A stretch of 64,000 nt of DNA from Verrucomicrobiota bacterium (GCA_031378375.1 JANNEF010000288.1:24186-88185); one strand, 5' to 3'. Numbered from the stretch's first letter, positions 1-10,102 are shown. Notes: generated by a model from the sequence alone, not told the origin. Made by a program: numbers and translations.

Positions 1-2071
1 AAACGATGTTGGTCTTTGGCTCCGGGGGCAGGAGACCGGGAAGATCCACGTTCTTGAGCGTGACTTCAAACACCTTGCCCGGGGGCGGTGGCCGTGAAGC
101 GAGTTCTTTCTTGCGAGCCTTGGCGCGGTCATCGGCTTCCTTCTTCTCCTTCAATCGCTGGGCTTCATTGAGCGAAATGCTTTTCTCCGCCTTGTTCTTT
201 TTGTAGCGCTCGACCTCCTCGCGGACAAAAACAAAATCACGCTCGCCGGCCACGCGCGCTTGCGAGCGACGTTTCAATTCGGGCAGGAGCGGCTGGATGC
301 GGTTCAAGTTATCGTAGTTGGCACTGGTGATGACGTCCCACTCCATCGCGTTGTCCAGCGAGGCTTCGCCAACCTCAAAATGATTGTTCACGGAATCCAG
401 GATGACGTCGGGCACCACTCCCTTGAGTTGGGTGGATGAACCGCTGGCGCGATAGAATTTGCGAATGGTTACTTTCACCGCGCCGGGATTGTTGGTAAAC
501 GCCACGCCGCTCTGCCGCAGGATGGGGCCGAGTTGAATGAGCGATTGCACGGTGCCTTTGCCATGCGTGGAAGAATCACCCACGATGAGCGCGCGACCAT
601 AGTCCTGCAACGCGCCCGCCAGAATCTCCGAGGCTGACGCGCTGAACCGTCCGGTCAGCACCACGAGCGGGCCGTCGTACCAAACCGCCGGGTCCGGATC
701 GTTGTCCACGAAAACCCGACCGGTCGAGTCCTTCACCTGCACCACCGGGCCTTCCTTGATAAAGAGACCGGTAAGATTGATGGCTTCTTCAAGCGAGCCG
801 CCCCCGTTGCGCCGCAAATCCAAGACAATGCCGGCGACTTTTTCCTGCGTCAGCTTCTTGAGCAACCGCGCGACGTCCGTGGTGGTGCTCTTCTGCTCCC
901 CGCCATTCTTGCGCCCTTCCAGTTCAAACCCGGAGTAAAACGAAGGCAGGTCAATCACGCCGAGGCGCACCGTCTGCCCCTTGCCGGAGGGGATTTCGTA
1001 AACACTGGCTTTGGCCGCCTTTTCTTCGAGTTTGATTTCATCCCGGATCAAAGTGACGACCTGCCGGTCGGAGAGGTCCGTGGCGTCGGCGGCAACAACC
1101 GTCAACCGAACCTCCGTGCCTTTGGGTCCGCGAATCTGCTCGACCACCTTGTTAAGTTTCCATTCCATCACATCCACGGGCGGCAGATTGCTTTGCGCCA
1201 CGGCGATGATCTTGTCGTTGGCCTTCAGTTTGCGGCTCATCGCAGCGGGGCTGCCGGGGACCAGTTCGACAATCTTGCAAATCCCATCCTCGGAACGGAG
1301 CGTCGCCCCGATGCCGAAGAGCGAGAGCTTCATATCAATGGAAAAATTCTCCAGGCCCGACTTGCCCATGTAATCGGAGTGCGGATCGTAAACATGCGCC
1401 AGCGCCGTCAGATAGATTTGCAGCACATCGTCATTGTCGTAGTCGCGAATGGTGCGGCGTATCTGATTGTAGCGGTGGGTGAGTTTGCGGACGATCTCGG
1501 CGGCTGGCTCCTTGTTCAACTTTTCCTGAAGATATTCAAAACGAAGACGGTCACGCCAGAGCTGCCGGGCTTCGTCGATATCTTTGGGACGCGGAAGCGT
1601 GCGGCGATTGAGAGTGAAACGGTCGTCACCGGTAAAGTCGAACTTGCCGGCTTGCAGCAAATTCGTGACGTACTGGTACTGCTGCTCCACCCGCTCGCGG
1701 AAGCGGGTGAAGATGACGCGCGCGGGCACGGTGTCGCCCTTCTCGATCAGGAGATTGTCGAGAACAGTGCGGTACTGCTCGAACTCGTTCAGGTCGGCCT
1801 GGATGAAGTAGAGGTGAAGGTTGTCCAGCGCGTCGAGGTAGCGGTCGAGAAACTTGCTCGAAGTCTCGTCGTTGATCGCCCGTCGGAGGTAATGCTGGCG
1901 TCGCAGTATCTCGGCCGTGAGTTTGACAATGTTGTTATCGTTCGGCCCTTCGACCAGCACCACGGGTGCATTGGTCTGCCGGGCTGAATTCGGGGTTGAC
2001 TGACCGGTGTCCTGCGCGACGACCAGCAACAGCGTCAACGGCCAGGTGAGAAGAAAAGTTATTAGTCTCAT
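1..2071 (-). CDS. prc: C-terminal processing / tail-specific peptidase (S41 family), 3' end runs off the window
   Basis: My own minus-strand translation from the ATG at 2071-2069 stays open to position 1 (about 690 codons). It is absent from the ORF track because there is no stop in the window. Signal peptide MRLITFLLTWPLTLLLVVAQ. PDZ-like segment GIGATLRSEDGICKIVELVPGSPA. S41 core motifs LDLRRNGGGSL and GRFSASASEILAGALQDYGRALIVGDSSTHGKGTVQ. Confidence 0.85.
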   Translation of the reverse strand, partial: MRLITFLLTWPLTLLLVVAQDTGQSTPNSARQTNAPVVLVEGPNDNNIVKLTAEILRRQHYLRRAINDETSSKFLDRYLDALDNLHLYFIQADLNEFEQYRTVLDNLLIEKGDTVPARVIFTRFRERVEQQYQYVTNLLQAGKFDFTGDDRFTLNRRTLPRPKDIDEARQLWRDRLRFEYLQEKLNKEPAAEIVRKLTHRYNQIRRTIRDYDNDDVLQIYLTALAHVYDPHSDYMGKSGLENFSIDMKLSLFGIGATLRSEDGICKIVELVPGSPAAMSRKLKANDKIIAVAQSNLPPVDVMEWKLNKVVEQIRGPKGTEVRLTVVAADATDLSDRQVVTLIRDEIKLEEKAAKASVYEIPSGKGQTVRLGVIDLPSFYSGFELEGRKNGGEQKSTTTDVARLLKKLTQEKVAGIVLDLRRNGGGSLEEAINLTGLFIKEGPVVQVKDSTGRVFVDNDPDPAVWYDGPLVVLTGRFSASASEILAGALQDYGRALIVGDSSTHGKGTVQSLIQLGPILRQSGVAFTNNPGAVKVTIRKFYRASGSSTQLKGVVPDVILDSVNNHFEVGEASLDNAMEWDVITSANYDNLNRIQPLLPELKRRSQARVAGERDFVFVREEVERYKKNKAEKSISLNEAQRLKEKKEADDRAKARKKELASRPPPPGKVFEVTLKNVDLPGLLPPEPKTNIV

Positions 2072-2369
2072 GTCGTTTTTTTCAGCCTGCATACTTTCCG
2101 AACCACCGAACAGCACAAAATCACGCCACTACCTTTCCACATCCGAGCCTTTCGGCAACCTGCGCCACGCTTCGCACTGGTGCGCGGTATCAGCTTGAAA
2201 TTCGGACTCAGACACGAACGCGACTTCGTTCAACATCCCAGCCTGCTCATGTCTAAAGCTCCCAAAGCGTGCTCGCTGGTTGGGTCGCAAGAGTCCCCCT
2301 GGTCAAGTGGATCCGTCGCCAAGCCGATGGAAGAACTATGGTTGTCAAAAAACAAATGTTACGGAACGT

Positions 2370-2981
2370 ATGATGAACAATCCCCAATCCACCGCTTTGG
2401 AGAATGGCGAATGGCTGACCGCGCCAGGGCGGGAGGTGAACATGGTTCCGACCTTGTCCGCCACCGGCCTGGCAGATGCGGAGTCCACGCTGGGCAACGC
2501 GATCACTTTCACGCAGGCGCAAGACGAGCTGTTGCAAAAGTTTCAATCGGCGCTGGAACGAGTGCAGGCATTGGCCGCGTCCAGCCCGAACGTCATTGGA
2601 AGCAATCACACCGCCGCTCCCGGCGAAGTGCAAACCTTGGTCAACTACCTGCGCAACCTCACCGCCGTCGAGTTGGGCGGGCGCCCTTTGTTCGACGGCG
2701 CCACGTTGGCCGTTGAAGCGGACGGCACCGGCAATAAACTAATCATGGCCGGTGTCAATCTGCGGACGGGCAGCCTGGCTCCATGGAACCTGGCTGCTGC
2801 GATGCCACCTCTGGACACGACGCAAAGCCGGGTTCGGGCCCAAACGGCGCTTCAACGACTCGCCGTGGAACGATCCATTGTCGCCGCCAACCTTTCTCGG
2901 CTGAACTTTTTGAATCAACAACTCGACACCGTAAAGGATGGTCTGGTGGAAAGTGCCGGACGCGGTGCCCACCTCAAATAG
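2370..2981 (+). CDS. Hypothetical protein with flagellin/FlgL-like central helices (short, lacks the terminal D0 segments)
   Basis: ORF 2280..2981; I prefer the ATG pair at 2370/2373 (MMNNPQ...). LLQKFQSALERVQALAASSPN...EVQTLVNYLRNLTAVELGGRPLFDG resembles the flagellin N-terminal D1 helices. AQTALQRLAVERSIVAANLSRLNFLNQQLDTVKD resembles the flagellin C-terminal D1 helix. It lies directly upstream of flgM on the same strand. Confidence 0.5.
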   Translation: MMNNPQSTALENGEWLTAPGREVNMVPTLSATGLADAESTLGNAITFTQAQDELLQKFQSALERVQALAASSPNVIGSNHTAAPGEVQTLVNYLRNLTAVELGGRPLFDGATLAVEADGTGNKLIMAGVNLRTGSLAPWNLAAAMPPLDTTQSRVRAQTALQRLAVERSIVAANLSRLNFLNQQLDTVKDGLVESAGRGAHLK

Positions 2982-3112
2982 CATCCGGGATCAATAGTTG
3001 CCTCACTCCTCGTGATTCGGTAAGAATTTCAAAGCGGTGCCGGAGCATTGCCGCGTTGTCGTCGCGACAGCGAAAGGTTTTCCCGCACGCGGCCCGACCG
3101 CAGAATTAAGTT

Positions 3113-3394
3113 ATGCCACAGAACCGGAAACGAAATACGGCGAACCAGCTTGAGCGAACCGACCGCGCGCTGCGGGTCAAAGGCTCGGCGGCGGTTCTAG
3201 GCGCCAAGTCCGCCGTAGTGGAAACGGCCTCCCAGTTGTCCGTCGATCCAACTCCAGTGCCCGCAGTCCGTCGGGAAAAAGTCGCCCGCGCCAAGCGTTT
3301 GATCCAAGACCCCGGTTATCCCCCTCGGCAAGTACTCCAAGCAGTCGCCCGCCGGCTGGCGCGCGACTGGACCAAAGGCCCCACGGCATCTTGA
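3113..3394 (+). CDS. flgM: Anti-sigma-28 factor FlgM
   Basis: 93-aa ORF. The C-terminal VRREKVARAKRLIQDPGYPPRQVLQAVARRLA matches the FlgM signature (V-R-x-E-K-V-x-x-hydrophobic-K-x-x-I-x-x-G-x-Y, followed by an amphipathic helix). The N-terminal half is disordered and low-complexity, as is typical of FlgM. Confidence 0.7.
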   Translation: MPQNRKRNTANQLERTDRALRVKGSAAVLGAKSAVVETASQLSVDPTPVPAVRREKVARAKRLIQDPGYPPRQVLQAVARRLARDWTKGPTAS

Positions 3395-3469
3395 AAACGG
3401 GAGGCTACGTTGCGGGGTTGGTCGGTCCTCCGTTCACACACTCCGCTCTGTCCCCCATCACTGGCCTGG

Positions 3470-3826
3470 CTACTTTTTGGGCGGCGGCGACACGGGGCGT
3501 CCGTACTTGTCCACGATAATTTCTTCGGGCACCTGGATAGTCCTGCCGTCGGGAGTTGTTTCCGTGCGCCAGCGCCGGACCACGTGCGTGGTGTTGTCAA
3601 ACGGCGCCTTGACGCCGGCCGCCACGCCCTCGCCAACACCCACCACCGCGCCCGCCACGTTCCCGCCAACAGCGCCGACTGCCGCGCCGACTCCGCGCCC
3701 CACGGCCGGCCCGGGTTGACGGGGATTCGTGACACCCATGCTGTCCGCGCTTGAGGCGCAGCCGACGGCGAACAGTGCCAGTGCTCCCAAACCGACAGTT
3801 CCAAAAAAGAAGGGGATAATTTTCAT
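3470..3826 (-). CDS. Small lipoprotein with a glycine-zipper segment
   Basis: Signal peptide plus lipobox (LALFAVGC). Gly/Val/Ala-rich zipper GRGVGAAVGAVGGNVAGAVVGVGEGVAAGV. Confidence 0.7.
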   Translation of the reverse strand: MKIIPFFFGTVGLGALALFAVGCASSADSMGVTNPRQPGPAVGRGVGAAVGAVGGNVAGAVVGVGEGVAAGVKAPFDNTTHVVRRWRTETTPDGRTIQVPEEIIVDKYGRPVSPPPKK

Positions 3827-4240
3827 GACAAAAAAGTAATTTTCCGGCCAGACATTCTCTTGCTCAGGAACCTTAAACCCGGCGCATCGAATCCCACAAC
3901 GAGTTTTTCCATCGCCTCACGCGCAACTGATTCTGGTGCGGAGGCCTTGTTCCCGGCACAGAACGGGAGAGATTGACCAGGCTCGATCCGACACCGCCCA
4001 ATTGATGACAGAACCGACATGGAGCAGGCTCCCGGCACAATGACCGACAAGCCACACCTTGCATTGCAAGCGCATGTGCGTTATTTGTCTCTTGTTCCTC
4101 CTGGATATCTGGTGCGTTCCCTTCGCTCCGCGCGAATGGAGCAGTTTTGATTTCGATTCGCCGGATCAATGACTGCCATGGAACTTCGACGGATGGCGCC
4201 CCGGTTTTCTGAAACCGTTCATGTCAGTGAGTTGTCTTGA

Positions 4241-7200
4241 GTGCCTATGAAAGATTGTTCTGTTTGGGAAACCGCCTCCAGGCTGGGAACGCAGTTTCTT
4301 TTTTTGTTGTCGTTGTTCGCTGCCTTCGGTGTCCAGGCCCAGTTCAGCCTCGACCGTGAGCCGCCCGGACCATCGAGTCGCAAGACGGGGTTGGTGATTA
4401 CGGAGATCATGTACAACCCGCGCCCGGTTCCGGGCTTGTCCACCAACTTCACTTACGAATTTGTCGAACTCTTGAACACCAAGCCATGGACTGAGGACAT
4501 CAGCGGCTTCGCCATCGCTGGATCCGTCCACTACGCTTTCCCGCCGGGCACAGTGCTGGGTGCCGGCGCTTACCTTGTCGTGGCCCGCGTGCCGGGGTTG
4601 ATCCAGACCAATTACGCCATCACGAACGTGGTCGGTCCATGGGACGGCGCAACCACCAATCGCTTGCCGACGGATCGGGGCATAGTGCGCCTGCTCAATC
4701 GCCAGGGCGCGGTGCTCCTGGAAGTGAATTATGCGGATTCCCCGCCCTGGCCGGAGGCGGCTGACGGTACGGGCCATTCGCTTTCGCTGGCCAGACCGTC
4801 GTTTGGCGAGGACAACGACCGCGCCTGGTCGGAAAGCGACAGCGTCGGCGGCTCGCCAGGCGGGCCGGACCCGCTCACGCCCGATCCCATGGCGACCGTG
4901 TACATCAACGAATGGCAGAACCACAGCGACCCGCTGGATTGGATCGAGCTGTACAATCACAGCAACAGCGACGTGGACCTGTCCGGTGCCTGGCTCAGTG
5001 ATGACCCGACGACGAACAAGTTCCGCATCCCCAATGGAACAATGATCCCGGCCCGCGGCTTCCGCAGTTGGGATCAAAACCAACTCGGCTTCGAGTTGTT
5101 TGCCGGAGGCGAAACCATCCTGTTGTGGAATTCCAACCAAACGCGCGTCATTGACGTGATCGATTTCCGCGGAGCCTCCAATAACGTCGCGCAAGGGCGC
5201 TGGCCCGACGGCGGACCCAACATTTACGGCATGTCAGTCAACACGCGTGGCGGACCAAACGCGCCGCCAGTGCGCTATCCCATCGTGATCAACGAGATCA
5301 TGTTCAACCCGATTTCCGGCAGCATCGAGGACGAGTACGTCGAGATCTACAATCGCGGCAGCCAACCGGTGAACCTGGAGGCCTGGGAGTTCATCATCGG
5401 CATCACCTATGTGTTCCCGACCAACGGCATGACGACCCTTCCCCCCGGCGGCTATTTCGTGGTCGCGCGCAATCCCAGCAACCTGTTCTCGATCTACCCA
5501 AACCTGAACACAAACAACACCTTCGGCCCTTACAGCGGCACGCTGGCCAACGGCGGCGAACGCCTTGCCCTGGCGGCGCCGGATTACGACCGGGTGACCG
5601 GCACGAATGGCCAGCAGGTGGATGAGAAACTCCAGGTTCCGGCCAGCGATTTGGTTTACGGCGACGGCGGCAAGTGGGGCAACTGGAGCGACGGACTCGG
5701 CAGCAGTCTGGAACTGATTGACCCGGACGGCGACGTCCACTTTCCGTCCAACTGGGCAGACAGCAATGACACCGGAGAAAGCTTATGGACGGACATCGAA
5801 TGGAACGGGCCTGTCGGAGAAACGCTCGGCTCGCCCGTCAACGACCGCCTCATCATCATGCTCCAGGGCATCGGCGAGTGTCTGGTGGATGAAGTCGAAG
5901 TGCGCGTGAACAACGGGCCGAACCTCGTCGTCAATGGCGGATTCGAATCCGGCCTCACGGACTGGGCGCTGCAAGGCTCGCACGATTTCTCCACCATCGA
6001 GAACGAAGGTTTCGCCGGCAGCAAAAGTATTCATGTGCGCGCTGGATCGCGCGGCGATAACCAGTCCAACCGCATTCTCTCCGCGCCGCTCACCACCCCG
6101 GTACCGGTGAACGCGCAAAACGTTTCCCTGCGCGCGAAGGTCCGCTGGCTGCGCGGTTTCCCGGAACTCCTGTTGCGCCTGCACGGCAGCGCCACCGAAG
6201 CCTACGGTCGGATGTCCCTGCCGCGCAAACTGGGCACACCTGGCGTGGTCAACAGCCGTCGCGTTTCCAACGCCGGCCCGGCCATTCACCATGTGAAGCA
6301 CTCCCCCATACTCCCGGCCGCCAATCAAGCCGTCGTGGTCACAGCGCAGGCAGACGACCGCCAGGTCCCGTTGGCCTTGACGCTTCGTTACCGTGTGGAT
6401 CCCACCCCAGGCTACCTCAACCTGACGATGACCGACAACGGCTCTGGTGCTGACGAGATCGCCAACGACGGCATTTACAGCGCCGCGATTCCCGGTCAGG
6501 CCACCGGCAACCTGGTCGCCTTCTACGTGGAAGGACGCGACAACCTCAATGCCATTGGCGCCTTTCCGCAGGACGTTTTCCCGCCCCCGGGGCTGACACG
6601 CTGCTGGCCCAACGACGCCGTAGCCCGTGAGTGCGTGGTGCGGTGGGGCGAGCCGCAGATGCCCGGTGATTTCGCCACCTATCATCTCTGGGTCACCTCC
6701 GCCAATTCCAACCGCTGGCACACCCGCGACACTCAGAACAACACCTCGATGGACGCCACCTTCGTGTACAACCAGACGCGGGTGATGTATAACGCGCTCC
6801 CGCTTTACTCCGGCAGCCCGTGGCATCGCACCAACGCCACCACCGGACCCGCCGGCCCCAACCGCGTGGACTTCGAGATGAATTTCCCGGACGACGACGC
6901 GCTGCTCGGCTCGACCGACTTCGTGCTGAACAATCCGGGCAACCCGGACATCCTCACCATCAGCGACCTCAGCGCGGTGGCGGAACAGACGGTTTACAAA
7001 ATCTTCGAGGGTCTGGGCCTGGTGCATAATCACCGGCGCTACATTCACATGTTCGTCAATGGCAGCCAGCGCAGCACCGCCCATGAGCGGCCGGGCAATT
7101 TCATCTTCGAGGACTCGCAGCAGCCCAACGGCGACATGTCCGCGCAGTGGTTTCCCAACGATGCCGGCGGCCAGTTGTTCAAGGTCGAGGACTGGTTCGA

Positions 7201-10102
7201 ATTCGACAACAACGGCTTCGACATCACCGCCAACAACGACGCCGATCTGACGCGGAACACCATCCTGCTTGGCGGCCTGCCCACGCAGGTGCCCGCGCCA
7301 TACCGGTTCAAGTTCCGCAAGCGCAGCGTGGGCGTCGGCAATTCGGCGAACGACTACTCGACGCTCTTCCAGCTCATTGACGCCGTCAGCCCGGCGGACA
7401 ACCCAACCAACGCGGTGATGGACCTCGCCGCGCTGAGCACGGTGGTGGATTGGGAGGCGTGGATGCGGCACTTCGCCATCCAGCGCACCGTCGGCAACTG
7501 GGACAGCTACGGCTGGCAGCGCGGCAAGAACGACTATTTGTACCGCACGACCAACGGGTTCGTCCACATGCCGTGGGACATTGACTACAGCCTGGGTCTG
7601 GGCCGGCCGGCCAACGAGCCGCTCTTTGACACGAACGACCCGCGCGTGCGCGCGATGTTCAACACGCCGGCCATCGTGCGGGCTTACTGGCGCGCCTTCT
7701 CGGACGTGGTGAGCGGGCCGCTCAACAACACGATTCTTGATCCGTTCATTGACTCGCGCGTGGGCGCGCTCACGGCCAACGCCGTCAACGTGGATCTCGA
7801 CGCCGTTGCCAACATCAAAGCTTTCATCGCCGACCGGCGGGTGTTCTTGCAGGAACAACTGGCGACCGTAAATGCGCCCTTCGCTGTGGAGGGGCCGGCC
7901 AGTTTCAGCGTCACCGAGAACCTCATCGAACTCACCGGCACCGCGCCCGTGGAGGTGAAGGACATCACCATCAATGGTGTCGCATATCCGATCACGTGGA
8001 CGAGCGCGACGAATTTCACCTTCCGTTTCGTGCTGCACCCGGGCGTCAACACCATCACGCTCCAAGGCGTGGACCGCTTCGGCATCGCAATCGGCGCCGC
8101 GAACTATGTGGTGACCGCAGACTACATCGGCCCAGTAGTGGCCCCGGCGGGAGCGCTCATCCTCAGCGAAATCATGTATGCACCGACGGCTTCCGGAGGG
8201 CAGTTCGTCGAGATCGTAAACCGCTCGGCGGCGAGCTTCGACTTGTGGGGCTGGCGTCTCGACGGCTTGAACCTCACGTTCCCGCCCGGCTCCATCGTCA
8301 CCAACGGCCAGACCATCGTGCTCGCGCAGAACCGCACGGCGTTTCGCGCCGCATACGGAGCAACGCCGGTGTTCGCCACTTTTGGCGCGACGCTGTCGTC
8401 TCAAGGGCAGGTGCTCGCGCTCGTCATTCCCGGGGCCTTCGGCGGCGATGCGCTGGTGGACGGCGTGCGGTACGAGTCAACGGCACCGTGGGCGCGCGGC
8501 GTGACCGGTGCTTCGCTGCAATTGATGGACGCGACACAGGACAACAGCCGGTCGAGCAACTGGGCGATGGACGCCACCACGCTGGCAACGCCGGGCGCAT
8601 CGAACTCGGTTGCCCGCGCCGTGACGCCTTACGATCCCCTGTGGTTGAACGAAGTGCAGATCGAGAGTCTCAACGGTCCGTTGGATAACTTGAGCGAACC
8701 GGAACCCTGGCTGGAACTCTACAACTCCGGCGCGGTGCCCATGAGCCTCGATGGCTATTATCTGGCGAACAATTACGTCAGCAACCTGACCAGCGAGCCG
8801 TTTCCGCCCGGCACGATGATCGCTCCCGGCGGACACCTGCTCGTGTGGGCTGACGGCGAGTCGGGCGAAACCGACGGCACCAACATTCACACCAGTTTCC
8901 GCCTGGATAGCAGCGGTCAACTCGCGCTCGTGCGCATCGTCGGCGGCCAGTCGCAGATCAGCGATCACCTCACCTGGACATCGCTGTTGGTGAACTTGAG
9001 TTATGGCAGTTCCCCCGACGGCCAGGCTGTTTACCGCTTCCCTCTGCACCGGCCCAGTCCCGGCGCCACCAATGTCGAACCGCCCTTGCGTGTGTTCATC
9101 AACGAATGGATGACCCGGAACAACACCGGCATCCGCGACCTGGCCGACAACGATCAGGACGACTGGTTTGAAATCTTCAACGCCGAATCGCGCACCGTGG
9201 ACCTGGCGGGCTATTACGTTTCGGACGATGCGGGCTTCCCAAATAAGTCCCGCATCCCCACCAACGGGCAATACCGCATTCCTCCCGGCGGCTACCTCCT
9301 GGTGTGGGCGGACAACGAAACCAATCAAAACACCGGCACCCGCGTCGATCTGCACGCGAAATTCCAACTGGGAAGCAGCGCGGGCTTCATCGGTCTCTAT
9401 GCTCCGGATGGCAGCAACGCGGTGGATTTTGTGAACTACGGCCAGCAATCCGACAACATCAGCGAGGGCCGGTTCTCCGACGGCGGGGCGGCGCTGCACC
9501 TCATGACCAACTCCACGCCGCGCACGGCGAATCGGATTTTTGGCTACAACAACCAGCCCAGATTTCCGTTCATTGCGCAACAATTCGTCCTCCCCGGCGA
9601 GACGCGCACCATCACCGTCCGCGCCTCCGATCCGGAAGCGCAGGCAGTGCCCCCACAACAGTCTTTGACACATTCGATTGTCTCGGCACCAACCGGCTCG
9701 CTGATCAACCCGAGCGGTATCTACCGTTGGGTCGTGCCGGCCGCGCAGCCGGTCGGCGATTATCCAGTCACGCTCCGGGTCGTTGACAATGGCACACCAC
9801 CGCGGAGCGACGTCACAACCTTTCTCATGACCGTCACCACCAATGACGTGCCGGTCGTCGTGCCGCCCTCAACCGGGCCGGTCATCTATACGATTTCCCG
9901 CGGCGAAGCAGAGTCCACGCTCGCATTCGACACGACTCCCGGACGCACCTACCGCGTCCTCTACAACGACGATCTCAACACGACGGGGTGGCTGCCGCTC
10001 CATCGTGATTTCGTCGCCGCCAATGTCACCGCGAGCATCACGGACTTCGTGACCACGCCACCGCGCTACCAACGGTTCTACCGCGCGTTGCGGTTGGATT
10101 AG
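4241..10102 (+). CDS. Giant secreted protein A: six lamin-tail-domain (LTD) repeats, a CBM-like module, a CotH kinase-like domain, an Ig/cadherin-like module and a C-terminal beta-sandwich
   Basis: 1953-aa ORF with signal peptide (FLFLLSLFAAFGVQAQ). Six LTD signatures: LVITEIMYNP..FVELLN; VYINEWQ..WIELYN; IVINEIMFNP..YVEIYN; LILSEIMYAP..FVEIVN; LWLNEVQ..WLELYN; VFINEWM..WFEIFN. CBM-like NLVVNGGFESGLTDWALQG. CotH-like core ending WDSYGWQRGKNDYLYRTTNGFVHMPWDIDYSLG. C-terminal TYRVLYNDDLNTTGWLPL...QRFYRALRLD. Confidence 0.9.
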   Translation: MPMKDCSVWETASRLGTQFLFLLSLFAAFGVQAQFSLDREPPGPSSRKTGLVITEIMYNPRPVPGLSTNFTYEFVELLNTKPWTEDISGFAIAGSVHYAFPPGTVLGAGAYLVVARVPGLIQTNYAITNVVGPWDGATTNRLPTDRGIVRLLNRQGAVLLEVNYADSPPWPEAADGTGHSLSLARPSFGEDNDRAWSESDSVGGSPGGPDPLTPDPMATVYINEWQNHSDPLDWIELYNHSNSDVDLSGAWLSDDPTTNKFRIPNGTMIPARGFRSWDQNQLGFELFAGGETILLWNSNQTRVIDVIDFRGASNNVAQGRWPDGGPNIYGMSVNTRGGPNAPPVRYPIVINEIMFNPISGSIEDEYVEIYNRGSQPVNLEAWEFIIGITYVFPTNGMTTLPPGGYFVVARNPSNLFSIYPNLNTNNTFGPYSGTLANGGERLALAAPDYDRVTGTNGQQVDEKLQVPASDLVYGDGGKWGNWSDGLGSSLELIDPDGDVHFPSNWADSNDTGESLWTDIEWNGPVGETLGSPVNDRLIIMLQGIGECLVDEVEVRVNNGPNLVVNGGFESGLTDWALQGSHDFSTIENEGFAGSKSIHVRAGSRGDNQSNRILSAPLTTPVPVNAQNVSLRAKVRWLRGFPELLLRLHGSATEAYGRMSLPRKLGTPGVVNSRRVSNAGPAIHHVKHSPILPAANQAVVVTAQADDRQVPLALTLRYRVDPTPGYLNLTMTDNGSGADEIANDGIYSAAIPGQATGNLVAFYVEGRDNLNAIGAFPQDVFPPPGLTRCWPNDAVARECVVRWGEPQMPGDFATYHLWVTSANSNRWHTRDTQNNTSMDATFVYNQTRVMYNALPLYSGSPWHRTNATTGPAGPNRVDFEMNFPDDDALLGSTDFVLNNPGNPDILTISDLSAVAEQTVYKIFEGLGLVHNHRRYIHMFVNGSQRSTAHERPGNFIFEDSQQPNGDMSAQWFPNDAGGQLFKVEDWFEFDNNGFDITANNDADLTRNTILLGGLPTQVPAPYRFKFRKRSVGVGNSANDYSTLFQLIDAVSPADNPTNAVMDLAALSTVVDWEAWMRHFAIQRTVGNWDSYGWQRGKNDYLYRTTNGFVHMPWDIDYSLGLGRPANEPLFDTNDPRVRAMFNTPAIVRAYWRAFSDVVSGPLNNTILDPFIDSRVGALTANAVNVDLDAVANIKAFIADRRVFLQEQLATVNAPFAVEGPASFSVTENLIELTGTAPVEVKDITINGVAYPITWTSATNFTFRFVLHPGVNTITLQGVDRFGIAIGAANYVVTADYIGPVVAPAGALILSEIMYAPTASGGQFVEIVNRSAASFDLWGWRLDGLNLTFPPGSIVTNGQTIVLAQNRTAFRAAYGATPVFATFGATLSSQGQVLALVIPGAFGGDALVDGVRYESTAPWARGVTGASLQLMDATQDNSRSSNWAMDATTLATPGASNSVARAVTPYDPLWLNEVQIESLNGPLDNLSEPEPWLELYNSGAVPMSLDGYYLANNYVSNLTSEPFPPGTMIAPGGHLLVWADGESGETDGTNIHTSFRLDSSGQLALVRIVGGQSQISDHLTWTSLLVNLSYGSSPDGQAVYRFPLHRPSPGATNVEPPLRVFINEWMTRNNTGIRDLADNDQDDWFEIFNAESRTVDLAGYYVSDDAGFPNKSRIPTNGQYRIPPGGYLLVWADNETNQNTGTRVDLHAKFQLGSSAGFIGLYAPDGSNAVDFVNYGQQSDNISEGRFSDGGAALHLMTNSTPRTANRIFGYNNQPRFPFIAQQFVLPGETRTITVRASDPEAQAVPPQQSLTHSIVSAPTGSLINPSGIYRWVVPAAQPVGDYPVTLRVVDNGTPPRSDVTTFLMTVTTNDVPVVVPPSTGPVIYTISRGEAESTLAFDTTPGRTYRVLYNDDLNTTGWLPLHRDFVAANVTASITDFVTTPPRYQRFYRALRLD

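Noticed and set aside
3873-4169. 98-aa and 75-aa minus-strand ORFs in the 414-bp gap upstream of LTD-CotH A.
   Set aside because: No motifs, poor start context and overlapping alternative frames. This is more likely a promoter or leader region. Not excluded, but unsupported.
5783-8404. 873-aa ORF antisense to the giant LTD-CotH gene. Similar antisense ORFs occur at 4166..5194 and 8477..9673.
   Set aside because: The composition is Arg/Gly/Ala/Val-rich, typical of the antisense frame of a GC-rich gene. No recognisable motifs. The sense strand has clear domain signatures.
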